64,000 nt of DNA, taken from the NCBI GenBank assembly GCA_046484535.1, contig JAWOIT010000090.1, forward strand, positions 190 to 64,189, given 5' to 3'. A model generated the notes under the pieces. It saw nothing but the letters and a program-made list of their open reading frames with translations. It had not been told where the DNA came from and did no database searches. Shown here piece after piece: positions 43,659-53,541 of this stretch. How positions within the stretch are numbered: the stretch's first letter is position 1; every line of letters begins with the position of its first letter. Both the position numbers and the translations under genes were made by a program. The DNA is from Pseudomonadota bacterium (GTDB lineage Bacteria; Pseudomonadota; Gammaproteobacteria; Thiohalomonadales; Thiohalomonadaceae).

Positions 43659-46600
43659 ATGACCAGCACCACACCCGCCCGCATTCGCGAGATCCCTTAC
43701 AATTACACCTCTTTTTCCGATCGCGAGATCGTGATCCGCTTCCTCGGCGAGGAGCAGTGGCAGCGACTCAATCGTCTTCGTGAAGAGCGTGTCACCGGCC
43801 GTTCGGCGCGGATGCTGTTTGAGGTGCTGGGCGATATGTGGGTCATCGTACGCAACCCCTTTATCCAGGACGACCTTATCGAGAACCGCAAACGCTGGGA
43901 CTCGCTGGTGCACGCCCTGCACCATCGGCTGGACCAGATCGTGGAGCGGGCCGAGGAGAATTCTGAGGCCCTGGCCCTTGCCCGGGCCGCCCGGGAGGCG
44001 GTAAAGAAGTTCGAGCAGTGGTTGCCGGCCGAGCGGGAGAAACGCCTGAAGGTGGAACGCCGCCTGAGAAAAATAACCCGCAGGGACAATATCCATTTTG
44101 ACGGTCTGGCCCGTGTCTCCCATGTGACCGATGCCTCCGACTGGCGGGTGGAATATCCTTTTGTGGTGCTTAGCCCCGACACCGAGGAGGAGGTGGCCGA
44201 GGTGGTGCGCGCCTGTATCGAACTGGGGCTGACGATTATCCCCCGCGGCGGCGGCACCGGGTACACAGGGGGCGCGGTGCCGCTGCACGCGGACAGTGCG
44301 GTGGTGAATACCGAAAAGCTGGAGCAGCTGGGTGAGGTCGGCAGGCGGTCGCTGCCGGGTGTCGAGGGTGAAGTGACAACCATTGGCGTCGGCGCCGGGG
44401 TGGTCACCCGCCGTGTCTCAGAGAAGGCCGAGGCTTCCGGCTTCGTCTTCGCCGTCGATCCCACGTCTCAGGATGCCTCCTGCATCGGCGGCAACATCGC
44501 CATGAACGCCGGTGGCAAGAAGGCGGTGATGTGGGGGACGACGCTGGACAACCTCGCCTCCTGGCGCATGGTGACCCCGGAGGGTGAGTGGCTGGAGGTG
44601 GAGCGGCTCAACCACAACTTGGGCAAGATCCATGAAGTCGAGTTGGCGGAGTTTCGCGTTACCCGCTATGACAGGAAGGGCAAGAAGCCGCAGGGCGAAG
44701 CGGAGATCCTCAAGATTCCGGGGGACCACCTTCGCAAGCGCGGTCTGGGCAAGGATGTGACCAACAAGTTCCTCGGCGGGCTGCCCGGTATTCAGAAGGA
44801 GGGCTGCGACGGCATTATCACCTCGGCGGTGTTCGTTCTGCATCGCATGCCGCAGCATACCCGTACCGTCTGTATGGAGTTCTTCGGCGCCGATCTGCGC
44901 CGTTCCGTGCCTGCCATCGTCGAGACCAAGGACTATCTGGATGCCCTGCCCGATGTGATGCTGGCCGGCCTTGAGCACCTCGATGACCGCTACATTAAGG
45001 CGGTCAACTACAGTACCAAGGCGCCTCGGCCGGACCTGCCGAAGATGGTGCTGCTGGCCGATATCGTCGGGGATGACGAAGACCGCGTGGCCGAGGCAGC
45101 CTCCACCGTGGTGCGCATGGCCAATGCCCGCACCGCGGAGGGTTTTATCGCCGCCAGTCCCGAGGCGCGTCAGCGGTTTTGGGCCGACCGTGCGCGTACC
45201 GCCGCCATCGCCGCTCATACCAACGCCTTTAAGATCAATGAGGATGTGGTGATCCCGCTCGAAAGGCTCGCCGACTACAGCGAGGGGATCGAGCGCATCA
45301 ACATCGAGCAGTCGATCAGCAACAAGCTGACCATCATCGAGGCGGTGGCCGACTACCTGCGCGGGTCGCTGCCTGAACGCCTGCGCGATACCGAATATGA
45401 GGAGAGTGAGGAGAACACCGCGATCCTTGAGGCCAAACGGGAGGCGGCGCTCAAGCATCTGGAGGCGATCGGTTCGCGCTGGAAGGAGTATCTGGAGGGA
45501 CTGGATAAGCCGGCCGGCGACTATGCCGATGAATGGGGACCCGCCCTGGTCGATCAACTGCAACCTGGCGATACCCTGTTCTCGCTGATGCAGCGCCAGG
45601 TGTTGCGTATCTCCTATCGTCGAGAGGTGGAGCGTCCGCTCAAGGAGATCTACAGTGGTCGTGAGTTGGAGGGTGTGCGTGAAAAGCTCGATGCGATCCA
45701 CGCCGAGCACCGCACACGCCGTCTGTTCGTCGCCACTCACATGCACGCCGGCGACGGCAATGTACACACCAACATCCCGGTCCACTCCAATGACTATGCG
45801 ATGCTGCACGAGGCCGAGCGGGTGGTCGAGCGGATCATGGCGCTGGCCGAGTCGCTGGGCGGGGTGATCTCCGGGGAGCACGGGATCGGCCTGACCAAGA
45901 TGCAGTTTTTGGCCCCTGAAGCGGTCGAGGCCTTTACCGCCTACAAGCAGATGGTGGACCCGGAGCAGCGTTTCAATCGCGGCAAGCTGCTGGCCGGTTC
46001 CGGTCTGGAGGATGCCTATACGCCCTCACTGCGCCTGCTGCAGCAGGAGGCGTTGATCCTCGAGGCGAGTGAACTGGGCGAACTCAATGACATGGTCAAG
46101 GACTGCCTGCGCTGCGGCAAGTGCAAACCGGTCTGCACCACACATGTGCCTCGCGCCAATTTGCTCTACGCCCCGCGTAACAAGATCCTCGGCACCGGCC
46201 TCATCATCGAGGCCTTCCTCTACGAGGAGCAGACCCGCCGCGGTATCTCGGTGCGCCACTTCGATGAGATGAACGACGTGGCGGACCATTGCACCATCTG
46301 CCACCGCTGTCTCAAGCCCTGTCCGGTGGATATCGACTTTGGGGATGTCTCGGTGCGGATGCGAAACATTCTTCGCGCCCGTGGCAAGAAGCGCAGCAAC
46401 CTGGGTACCCGCGCCTCGATGGCCTTTCTCAACGTCACCGATCCCTCCACCATCAAGCTGATGCGAAAGGGCCTCATTGAATGGGGTTACGCCGGACAGC
46501 GTTTCGCCCACGGCCTGTTCAGGCGATTCGGCCTGCTCGGCAGCAGCAAGAAGCGGCCCAAGGGCACCACGGGAAAAATGGCGGTGAAGGAGCAAGTGAT

Positions 46601-47513
46601 CAACTTCATGAAACGGCCGATGCCGGAAGGCCTTCCCACCCAGACCACCCGCGCCATGCTTGGGGTGGAGGATGACAAGGTGGTGCCGATCCTGCGCGAT
46701 CCCGCGCGCAACGCCGAAGAGTCCGATGCGGTGTTCTACTTCCCCGGCTGCGGCTCCGAGCGGCTGTTCAGCCAGGTGGGGCTGGCGACCCTCGCCATGC
46801 TCTATGAGAGCGGGGCGCAGACCGTGCTGCCGCCCGGTTATCTTTGCTGCGGCTATCCGCAGAGTTCGGCCGGAGATGATGTCAGCGGCAAGCGTATCTC
46901 TATCGACAATCAGGTATTGTTCCACCGGGTGGCCAACACCCTGAACTACATGGATATCAAGACCGTGATCGTCTCCTGCGGCACCTGCATGGATCAGCTG
47001 CTCAAGTACCGGTTTGAGGCGATCTTCCCCGGCTGCCGCCTGCTCGACATCCACGAGTACCTGATGGAGAAGGGGATTAGCACCGAAGGCATTGAGGGCA
47101 AGCACTATCTTTATCACGACCCTTGTCACACGCCGATGAAACAGCACAACCCGACCAAGGTGGCGGAGACGCTTCTGGGTCAGGAGGTTCGTTTGAACGA
47201 CCGCTGCTGCGGCGAGGCGGGCACTTTCGCCATCTCCCGCCCGGATATCGCCACCCAGGTCCGGTTCCGCAAGGAGGAGGAGCTGCGTGAGGGGATCGCC
47301 GGCTATACCGGCAAGCAGGAGTCCGCCGGGGAGGTGAAGATCCTGACCTCCTGCCCCGCCTGTCATCAGGGGCTGTCCCGCTATACCGAGGCCACCGGCA
47401 TGGAGAGCGACTATATCGTGGTCGAATTGGCCAATCGGGTGCTGGGCGAGCAATGGCAGCGGCGCTTTATCGACAAAGCGAAAAGTGGCGGTATCGAGCG
47501 GATTCTTTTGTAG
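43659..47513 (+). CDS. Large fusion protein: DUF3683-like N-terminus + FAD-binding (PCMH-type) oxidase + (Fe-S)/CCG oxidoreductase (YdiJ-like 2-hydroxyacid dehydrogenase type)
   Basis: [17 protein letters not shown] (N-terminus), [12 protein letters not shown] (FAD domain), [14 protein letters not shown] and [15 protein letters not shown] (4Fe-4S), CCGYPQ and CCGEAG (CCG domains). 1284 aa. Confidence 0.88.
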   Translation: MTSTTPARIREIPYNYTSFSDREIVIRFLGEEQWQRLNRLREERVTGRSARMLFEVLGDMWVIVRNPFIQDDLIENRKRWDSLVHALHHRLDQIVERAEENSEALALARAAREAVKKFEQWLPAEREKRLKVERRLRKITRRDNIHFDGLARVSHVTDASDWRVEYPFVVLSPDTEEEVAEVVRACIELGLTIIPRGGGTGYTGGAVPLHADSAVVNTEKLEQLGEVGRRSLPGVEGEVTTIGVGAGVVTRRVSEKAEASGFVFAVDPTSQDASCIGGNIAMNAGGKKAVMWGTTLDNLASWRMVTPEGEWLEVERLNHNLGKIHEVELAEFRVTRYDRKGKKPQGEAEILKIPGDHLRKRGLGKDVTNKFLGGLPGIQKEGCDGIITSAVFVLHRMPQHTRTVCMEFFGADLRRSVPAIVETKDYLDALPDVMLAGLEHLDDRYIKAVNYSTKAPRPDLPKMVLLADIVGDDEDRVAEAASTVVRMANARTAEGFIAASPEARQRFWADRARTAAIAAHTNAFKINEDVVIPLERLADYSEGIERINIEQSISNKLTIIEAVADYLRGSLPERLRDTEYEESEENTAILEAKREAALKHLEAIGSRWKEYLEGLDKPAGDYADEWGPALVDQLQPGDTLFSLMQRQVLRISYRREVERPLKEIYSGRELEGVREKLDAIHAEHRTRRLFVATHMHAGDGNVHTNIPVHSNDYAMLHEAERVVERIMALAESLGGVISGEHGIGLTKMQFLAPEAVEAFTAYKQMVDPEQRFNRGKLLAGSGLEDAYTPSLRLLQQEALILEASELGELNDMVKDCLRCGKCKPVCTTHVPRANLLYAPRNKILGTGLIIEAFLYEEQTRRGISVRHFDEMNDVADHCTICHRCLKPCPVDIDFGDVSVRMRNILRARGKKRSNLGTRASMAFLNVTDPSTIKLMRKGLIEWGYAGQRFAHGLFRRFGLLGSSKKRPKGTTGKMAVKEQVINFMKRPMPEGLPTQTTRAMLGVEDDKVVPILRDPARNAEESDAVFYFPGCGSERLFSQVGLATLAMLYESGAQTVLPPGYLCCGYPQSSAGDDVSGKRISIDNQVLFHRVANTLNYMDIKTVIVSCGTCMDQLLKYRFEAIFPGCRLLDIHEYLMEKGISTEGIEGKHYLYHDPCHTPMKQHNPTKVAETLLGQEVRLNDRCCGEAGTFAISRPDIATQVRFRKEEELREGIAGYTGKQESAGEVKILTSCPACHQGLSRYTEATGMESDYIVVELANRVLGEQWQRRFIDKAKSGGIERILL

Positions 47514-47738
47514 TTACTGTATACAGGCTCAGCTTCGTACTACTGCGGCCTTCCTTTTTTCACGCCAGGGCGTGTATTCAGCTCCGCTACTGATTTCCTG
47601 TATGAATTTATCGGTTCCGGCGTATAGCTTTTGGGCTGTATAAGCCCCTTGTTTGTCGTCAACGACTTGAAATGTATCGTCAAGGCACAAAAGCTGAGCT
47701 AGGATGAAAGAAAAACAATCCACCAGAGGAGGCTGTCC

Positions 47739-48248
47739 ATGAAGAAGAAAATGATAACCCTTGCTGCTGCGGCCGCTATCAGCATGATGAGTTTTGCTAC
47801 GGCACAGGCGGAGGATTCGGTAATTGTTCCCATCAAGCGCCTGAGTATGGAGATGGCGCAGCAGATCGCCCAGGCGGCGGTTGAGGCCTGCCGCAAGGAG
47901 GGCGTACAGGTGGCGGCGACCGTGGTCGACCGTGGCGGTCATCCCCAGGCAGTGCTGAGGGATGTCCTGGCGATGGACCTGACCCTGACGATCTCTCGCC
48001 AGAAGGCCTACACCGCTCTTTCATTTAACAGCCCCACTTCTGCACTGGAAGACCGCTTTGAGGGCGCCTATGCCGTGCCCAAGATCGATGGACTGGTCAT
48101 CAGCGCGGGCGGCCTGCCGATCACCGCCGGCGGCACCATTCTGGGTGGCGTTGGCGTCAGCGGCGCCCCCTCCGGCGAGACCGACGAGAAGTGCGCACAG
48201 ACCGGCATCGATGCGGTCAGTGATGACCTGGAGATGTCTGCATTTTAA
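47739..48248 (+). CDS. GlcG/HbpS-like (DUF336) haem-binding family protein, secreted
   Basis: Signal peptide KKKMITLAAAAAISMMSFATAQA, then ISAGGLPI..GGTILGGVGVSGAPSGETDEKCA. Confidence 0.8.
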   Translation: MKKKMITLAAAAAISMMSFATAQAEDSVIVPIKRLSMEMAQQIAQAAVEACRKEGVQVAATVVDRGGHPQAVLRDVLAMDLTLTISRQKAYTALSFNSPTSALEDRFEGAYAVPKIDGLVISAGGLPITAGGTILGGVGVSGAPSGETDEKCAQTGIDAVSDDLEMSAF

Positions 48249-48266
48249 AGGATAGGGGAGTTACAG

Positions 48267-48473
48267 ATGTATCTAAAAGATAAAAAAAGTGGTGACCTGG
48301 TTGAGGTGTTGGACACGCATGTGCTGTTTGACCCCAACCAAAGGGAGATCAGCGGACGCTTCCATGCGGGTGAAGAGATGCAGGACCCGACCTCTTTTGC
48401 CAAGGCGGATCTGATCTTTCCTTCCGGCGAACCGTTGCCGAAATGTTGGGTGGATACGGATTATAAAGCGTAA
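48267..48473 (+). CDS. Small conserved-looking hypothetical protein (68 aa)
   Basis: AGGGGAG lies 7 nt before the ATG, 18 nt after the preceding stop, and a strong terminator follows. No family assigned. Confidence 0.55.
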   Translation: MYLKDKKSGDLVEVLDTHVLFDPNQREISGRFHAGEEMQDPTSFAKADLIFPSGEPLPKCWVDTDYKA

Positions 48474-48483
48474 TCTCTCCCGC

Positions 48484-48511
48484 AAAAAAGCCGCCATTGG
48501 GCGGCTTTTTT
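48484..48511. terminator. Bidirectional intrinsic terminator (serves the 68-aa gene and the convergent rpiA)
   Basis: aaaaaa-gccgcc-attg-ggcggc-tttttt. Confidence 0.8.
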
Positions 48512-48527
48512 GGGTTTGGGGACGGGT

Positions 48528-49190
48528 TTAGAACAGGCTATTGACCCCGGACTCGCTGCCTACCAGCACCACATCGGCCGGACGCATGGCAAACAGGCCG
48601 TTGGTGACTACGCCGGTGATGTTGTTCAGTTTCTGTTCCAGTTCGACCGGGTTCATGATCTGCAGGTTGTGCACATCCAGGATTACGTTCCCGTTGTCGG
48701 TAACGAAGCCCTCGCGATAGACCGGCTCACCGCCGAGTTTGACCAATTCGCGGGCGACATAGCTGCGGGCCATGGGAATCACCTCGACCGGCAGGGGAAA
48801 GTCCCCCAGTACATCGACCACCTTGGTACTGTCGACGATGCAGACGAACTTCTTTGATACGGCGGCAACGATCTTCTCGCGGGTCAGTGCCCCGCCACCG
48901 CCCTTGATCAGGTGGGCATGGCGATTGGTTTCGTCGGCGCCGTCCACGTAGACCGAGATCTCGTTGACTGAGTTGAGGTCCAGAACCTCGATACCGTGGC
49001 TGCGGAGACGATCGGCGCTGGCTTCGGAGCTGGCGACGGTGCCGTTGATCTTGCCCTTGATTTCGGCCAGGTAGTCGATGAAGTAGTTGGCGGTCGAGCC
49101 GGTGCCGATGCCGATAATCGAATCGGGTACCACATGTTCGAGAGCGGCGCGTGCCACCGCCTGTTTCATTTCGTCCTGCGTCATAGCCAT
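48528..49190 (-). CDS. rpiA: Ribose-5-phosphate isomerase A
   Basis: [34 protein letters not shown]. Confidence 0.93.
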   Translation of the reverse strand: MAMTQDEMKQAVARAALEHVVPDSIIGIGTGSTANYFIDYLAEIKGKINGTVASSEASADRLRSHGIEVLDLNSVNEISVYVDGADETNRHAHLIKGGGGALTREKIVAAVSKKFVCIVDSTKVVDVLGDFPLPVEVIPMARSYVARELVKLGGEPVYREGFVTDNGNVILDVHNLQIMNPVELEQKLNNITGVVTNGLFAMRPADVVLVGSESGVNSLF

Positions 49191-49330
49191 GGAATGGGTG
49201 TCCTCGTTATCGGTTGTTTGCTTCAGATGATGAAGATTTTACCAGTTTGGTGCGACTTTGCACGCCGCAGCCCTGCTCGTCGTGAGTGAAGTTGCTTGTA
49301 TCTTGGAGCTGTCCTGCTTATGTTATGCGG

Positions 49331-50842
49331 ATGTTAAGTGACTATATCAAACGCATCCTCACCGCCCGTGTCTACGATGTCGCCATTGAAACGCCGCTGG
49401 AGCAGGCCGTTTCCCTCTCCAACCGACTCAATAACCGGGTTTGGTTGAAACGCGAGGACCTGCAACCGGTCTTCTCCTTCAAGCTGCGCGGTGCCTATAA
49501 CCGTATGGCCAATCTCACCGAGCTTGAGCGCGAACGGGGAGTGATTGCCGCCTCGGCGGGGAATCACGCCCAGGGACTGGCCTTATCCGCCGGCCGACTG
49601 GGTATCGATGCCCTGATCGTCATGCCCAAGACCACCCCTGAGATCAAGGTGCAGTCGGTGGCCAGGCGAGGCGCACGAATCACCCTGCACGGGAATACTT
49701 ACAACGATGCCGCCGAGCATGCCAAGGCCATCGCCGAGGAGGAAGGTCGCACCTTCGTGCACCCCTATGATGACCCCCAGGTGATCGCCGGTCAGGGAAC
49801 TGTGGCGATGGAGATCCTGCGCCAGCACAGCGGCGATATCGATGCGGTTTTCGTACCCGTCGGCGGCGGCGGTCTGATCGCCGGGGTCGCCGCCTATATC
49901 AAATACCTGTATCCCGATATCAAGGTCATCGGGGTCGAGCCGGAGGATGCGCCGTGTATGTACGAGGCGCTTAAGGCCGATGAGCGGGTGGTGCTCGATC
50001 AAGTGGGTATTTTCGCCGACGGTGTGGCGGTGCGCCAGGTGGGCGAGGAGCCGTTTCGTATCGCCCGCAAGTATGTGGATGATGTGATTCTGGTCACCAC
50101 CGATGAGATCTGCGCCGCGATAAAGGACATCTTCGAGGATACCCGTTCCATCGCCGAACCTGCCGGCGCCCTGGCGGTAGCGGGACTGAAAAAGTACGTC
50201 GAGCGTGAGGGGTGCAGCGACAGGGAACTTGTCGCCATCGACAGCGGCGCCAACATCAATTTTGACCGCCTGCGCCACGTGGCCGAAAGGGCCGAACTGG
50301 GCGAACGGCGTGAGGCCCTGCTGGCGGTGACCATCCCGGAACGTCCGGGCAGCTTCCGCCAATTCTGCGAAACCCTGGGCCAGCGGGCGATCACCGAGTT
50401 CAACTACCGTTATGCCGGCAGCACTGAGGCGCATATCTTCGTCGGCGTGCAACTGGCGCAGGGACAGCAGGAGAAAGATGAGTTGGTGGCATTGCTAAAG
50501 TCCCGCAACTACCCGCTGGTGGACTTGAGCGATAACGAGATGGCCAAGCTGCATATGCGCTATATGGTCGGCGGTAGATCGCAGGTGGAGAATGAGCGCT
50601 TAATCCGTTTTGAGTTTCCGGAGCGTCCCGGGGCCTTGTTGCGCTTTCTTAACCATATGGGGCGGCACTGGAATATCAGCCTGTTCCATTACCGCAATCA
50701 TGGCGCAGCCTATGGTCGGGTGCTTTGTGGCATTCAAGTACCGCCTGAGGAGGAGGCCGGGTTCGACGCATTTCTCGAACAGATCGGCTACCGTTCGTGG
50801 GAGGAGACGGACAATCCGGTTTATCCACTGTTTTTGCGCTAA
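49331..50842 (+). CDS. ilvA: Biosynthetic threonine ammonia-lyase (with two C-terminal ACT-like regulatory domains)
   Basis: MLSDYIKRILTARVYDVAIETPL, PLP Lys motif QPVFSFKLRGAYN, SAGNHAQG. Start is 49325 or 49331. Confidence 0.93.
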   Translation: MLSDYIKRILTARVYDVAIETPLEQAVSLSNRLNNRVWLKREDLQPVFSFKLRGAYNRMANLTELERERGVIAASAGNHAQGLALSAGRLGIDALIVMPKTTPEIKVQSVARRGARITLHGNTYNDAAEHAKAIAEEEGRTFVHPYDDPQVIAGQGTVAMEILRQHSGDIDAVFVPVGGGGLIAGVAAYIKYLYPDIKVIGVEPEDAPCMYEALKADERVVLDQVGIFADGVAVRQVGEEPFRIARKYVDDVILVTTDEICAAIKDIFEDTRSIAEPAGALAVAGLKKYVEREGCSDRELVAIDSGANINFDRLRHVAERAELGERREALLAVTIPERPGSFRQFCETLGQRAITEFNYRYAGSTEAHIFVGVQLAQGQQEKDELVALLKSRNYPLVDLSDNEMAKLHMRYMVGGRSQVENERLIRFEFPERPGALLRFLNHMGRHWNISLFHYRNHGAAYGRVLCGIQVPPEEEAGFDAFLEQIGYRSWEETDNPVYPLFLR

Positions 50843-51082
50843 ACAGGCAATTGAGCAGGGGCTGTGGTTCCTGCTAATCCTTGCTCCGGCTTGGGGGGGA
50901 TTCCTGATAAAACCGTTAACCACCTGATATTCGCCTATTTGTGCCTTAATTCCCACAGCAATGTGATGGTGATCAAGGAAACTACATGAACTATCGGTGT
51001 TAAATGTATACCCAAATAAAAATAACGATTGATTACCGATGTGTTTGAACGTTGGGATTCAAGACAAAGTGAGGTATGGATA

Positions 51083-51217
51083 ATGGCTACAGTGAGAAAA
51101 AAACCTGACATTATCGTGATGCTGGCAATTCTCATCGGCATGGGGGTATTGGTGACGGAGATCACATATGGCAGCATAAATGATGATCGTCCAGCACAGG
51201 TGCAGGCTAAGAATTAA
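51083..51217 (+). CDS. Possible 44-aa single-TM small protein
   Basis: MATVRKKPDIIVMLAILIGMGVLVTEITYGSINDDRPAQVQAKN. GAGG lies ~10 nt before the ATG, and a terminator follows 20 nt after the stop. No homology evidence. Confidence 0.4.
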   Translation: MATVRKKPDIIVMLAILIGMGVLVTEITYGSINDDRPAQVQAKN

Positions 51218-51239
51218 GTCGCGCACCGCAGAAGCTACG

Positions 51240-51270
51240 AAAAAAAACCCGCCGCAGGCGGGTTTTTTTA
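51240..51270. terminator. Bidirectional intrinsic terminator
   Basis: aaaaaaaa-cccgcc-gca-ggcggg-ttttttt. The 5-FCL stop codon (minus strand) lies in its flank. Confidence 0.8.
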
Positions 51271-51873
51271 TTTCCGGCCGGGTGTAGTAAAAAGCAGTGA
51301 TGACTCGGTGGCAATGCCGTCGAGCGGTACATCCCAGCGCTGATGGGGGAGCGATTCGAGCTGCTGAAAGCTGTAGGCGGTGCCGATAAGGCGGGGTTTG
51401 CGCCAGTGTCGGCGGCGTGCCAGGTAGGCCAGGGTCCGGTCGTAGTAACCGCCTCCCATCCCGAGCCGGTTGCCATCGGCATCAAAGGCGACCAGCGGTG
51501 TGAGAACCAGATCCAGAGCCCAAACATGGCGGGTATCCCGCCAAAGGGATTGCGGTTCGGGGATGCCGAAGCGGTTGGCGACAAGCGTGGTGGAGCGGGT
51601 ATAGGGGGCGAACCACAGTCGGTTATGGTACAGGGGGCTGAGTATCGGCAGGTAGCACTGTTTACCCATTGCCCGGGCACGCTCGAGGAGCGGCGTTATG
51701 TCGATTTCACCGTCATTTGGGAGATAGAAGGCGATATGGCGGCTGCGCAGAAAAAGCGGGTGAGTTCCCAGCAGGTGCTCCAGGCCGATGGCTGCGGCAC
51801 GTCGCTGTGCCGGGGGAAGGTTGCGACGCTGATCTCGTATGCGCCGACGCAGATGATTGCGTTGCTCTTTCAA
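51268..51873 (-). CDS. 5-formyltetrahydrofolate cyclo-ligase
   Basis: KEQRNHLRRRIRDQRRNLPPAQ, AFYLPNDGEID, LDLVLTPLVAFDADGNRLGMGGGYYDR. Conserved position downstream of ssrS. Confidence 0.88.
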   Translation of the reverse strand: MKEQRNHLRRRIRDQRRNLPPAQRRAAAIGLEHLLGTHPLFLRSRHIAFYLPNDGEIDITPLLERARAMGKQCYLPILSPLYHNRLWFAPYTRSTTLVANRFGIPEPQSLWRDTRHVWALDLVLTPLVAFDADGNRLGMGGGYYDRTLAYLARRRHWRKPRLIGTAYSFQQLESLPHQRWDVPLDGIATESSLLFTTPGRK

Positions 51874-51969
51874 TAGCTAAAATCGGGCAATGGCTGAATC
51901 GGGGTAACGCCGCACGTTTATCGTCGTACGAACGGTGGCGCGATAGGCGTCCGTACTGAATGAAGTAAG

Positions 51970-52158
51970 GTGGGTGCCCCCCGCATGTGTCGCCGGTGCT
52001 TTCGTTCTTGAACCAGAGGTTCAAGTGGGGACGGCAGTCGCTACATTAGGCTTTCCGGTATCCGGACATGCACACAGCAGTGACATGTAGATCCCCCGGG
52101 TAAAAATTAGGCTCAAGAAAATACCCAGCACGCATAGCGGACACCGCAGGTGACACCC
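51970..52158 (-). ncRNA. ssrS: 6S RNA
   Basis: Lies between zapA and the 5-FCL gene, as in E. coli. The minus strand reads ...UUCUUGAGCCUAAUUUUUACC... and ...GGAAAGCCUAAUGUAGCGACUGCCGUCCCCACUUGAACCUCUGGUUCAAGAA..., which parallels E. coli CCCUGAGCCGAUAUUUCAUACC and GAAGCCUUAAAACUGCGACGACACAUUCACCUUGAACCAAGGGUUCAAGG. The 5' GGGUGUCACCUGCGGUGUC can pair with the 3' GACACAUGCGGGGGGCACCC as a closing stem. Ends are accurate to about +-10 nt. Confidence 0.8.
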
Positions 52159-52185
52159 GTATGAACAGTCTACTATGTTACGCAA

Positions 52186-52503
52186 CTATAATGTGAGTTG
52201 TCGATCTTCCTTTTCAAGGGCGGCGTCGAGTTTTTCGCTCAGCAGTCGCAGTCTCAGTTCCATATCCTGCAGATTATTGTCACCGTGAGACTTGTTTTGC
52301 AGCAACTCGAAGATAAGGTTGAGCGCCGCCATGACGACGATACGTTCATTGCCGACAATCTTGCCGCGGTTGCGGATGTCCCGCATCTTGCTGTCGAGCA
52401 ACCGTGCCGACTCGAGCAGTCCTTCGCGCTCGTCCGGTGGACAGGCGACAGTGTACTCCTTGTCCAGCAGCCGAATTTGTTCCTGCTTGACATCACCGCT
52501 CAT
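52186..52503 (-). CDS. zapA: Cell division protein ZapA
   Basis: IRLLDKEYTVACPPDEREGLLESARLLDSKMRDIRNRGKIVGNERIVVMAALNL. Confidence 0.9.
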   Translation of the reverse strand: MSGDVKQEQIRLLDKEYTVACPPDEREGLLESARLLDSKMRDIRNRGKIVGNERIVVMAALNLIFELLQNKSHGDNNLQDMELRLRLLSEKLDAALEKEDRQLTL

Positions 52504-52709
52504 GTATCCTGCTCCATCGCCTTAAGGCGTGAAATCATCGCCTCGACCCGGCTGCGGGCCAACTCGGTTTTTTCGATAAGCCGTGCCCGTTCGTTAAGCA
52601 TGGCCGCCTGGCTCTCGCGCAGGGAGCGATTCTCGTGGCTCAGCGCATTAAGTCGCTGAAGCAGCTCCTCAGTGCGGCGTTCCAGGTTTGTGAGAACCTT
52701 TTCATCCAT
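52500..52709 (-). CDS. Small coiled-coil protein upstream of zapA (ZapB-like/TIGR02449-type)
   Basis: 69-aa heptad-rich sequence. Overlaps the zapA start by 4 nt. Confidence 0.6.
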   Translation of the reverse strand: MDEKVLTNLERRTEELLQRLNALSHENRSLRESQAAMLNERARLIEKTELARSRVEAMISRLKAMEQDT

Positions 52710-52892
52710 TGTCGTATCGGTCGCTAGATCATTGTTGTTATGGCAAGTTTGCCGTTTATTGTCCGACCACTATAGAGCGGAGGAGAAAACCGGTCAACGC
52801 CGCCTTGGTTGGGCAGACGGGCGAGTGGGTGCTAGGATGCCGTTTATGGCGCACGATGTGATGCCCAAACATATATTCCGGGACCAGACGAA

Positions 52893-53465
52893 ATGAAGCA
52901 GGCTAACGAGGTAATCGAGAAACTTAACTCGGCGTTGGATCAGGCCCAGACCGAGATGCGCGCCGTGGAGTGCCATGGCACACTGACCGGGTTGTTTTGC
53001 GCCAAGGGTGAGCTCAAGCCGGAGGAGTGGCTGGATTATATCGGTCACGATCTGGATGCCGACAATCTATTACAGCGCGAGGCCCTGGCGGCCTTCAAAA
53101 TGCTGTTCGAAGTCACCCGGGAGCAACTTAACGACAGTGTCCTGGATTTCCACCCGCTGTTGCCCGAGGACGGCGCCGGGATCGAGGAGCGGATCGAGGC
53201 GCTGGGACAGTGGTGCCAGGGTTTTCTGTTGGGCCTGAGCGCCGGCGGGGTGACCGATATCGATAAACTGCCGGGGGACAGCGGCGAGATTTTGCGCGAC
53301 ATGGTCGAAATCGCCCGTGCCGGCAGTTATGAGCTGGATGGGGATGAGGAGGATGAGCAGTCCTATCACCAGCTGGTTGAGTATGTACGCACCGGGGTGC
53401 TGTTGCTGAACGAGGAGATGCATCCGACCAAGGCGCCGCCGCGGGATGATGTGACCCTGCACTAA
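52893..53465 (+). CDS. UPF0149 family protein (YgfB-like)
   Basis: ECHGTLTGLFCA, WCQGFLLGL, acidic C-terminus. Conserved position before pepP. Confidence 0.85.
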   Translation: MKQANEVIEKLNSALDQAQTEMRAVECHGTLTGLFCAKGELKPEEWLDYIGHDLDADNLLQREALAAFKMLFEVTREQLNDSVLDFHPLLPEDGAGIEERIEALGQWCQGFLLGLSAGGVTDIDKLPGDSGEILRDMVEIARAGSYELDGDEEDEQSYHQLVEYVRTGVLLLNEEMHPTKAPPRDDVTLH

Positions 53466-53541
53466 GCGATATTTCTCTTCCGGGGGCGGCCTCCCGGTCG
53501 CAATACGATAGCTAAAGCGATTAATCAGATATTATCCAAGC

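Noticed and set aside
44418-47453. Two long minus-strand ORFs (487 aa and 475 aa)
   Set aside because: They are antisense to the 1284-aa FAD/Fe-S fusion gene, which has many clear motifs. They are typical GC-rich shadow ORFs.
47517-47526. CTGTATACAG palindrome downstream of the large dehydrogenase gene (LexA-box-like)
   Set aside because: The gammaproteobacterial SOS box is CTGT-N8-ACAG. Here the spacer is 2 nt, and no SOS gene is adjacent.
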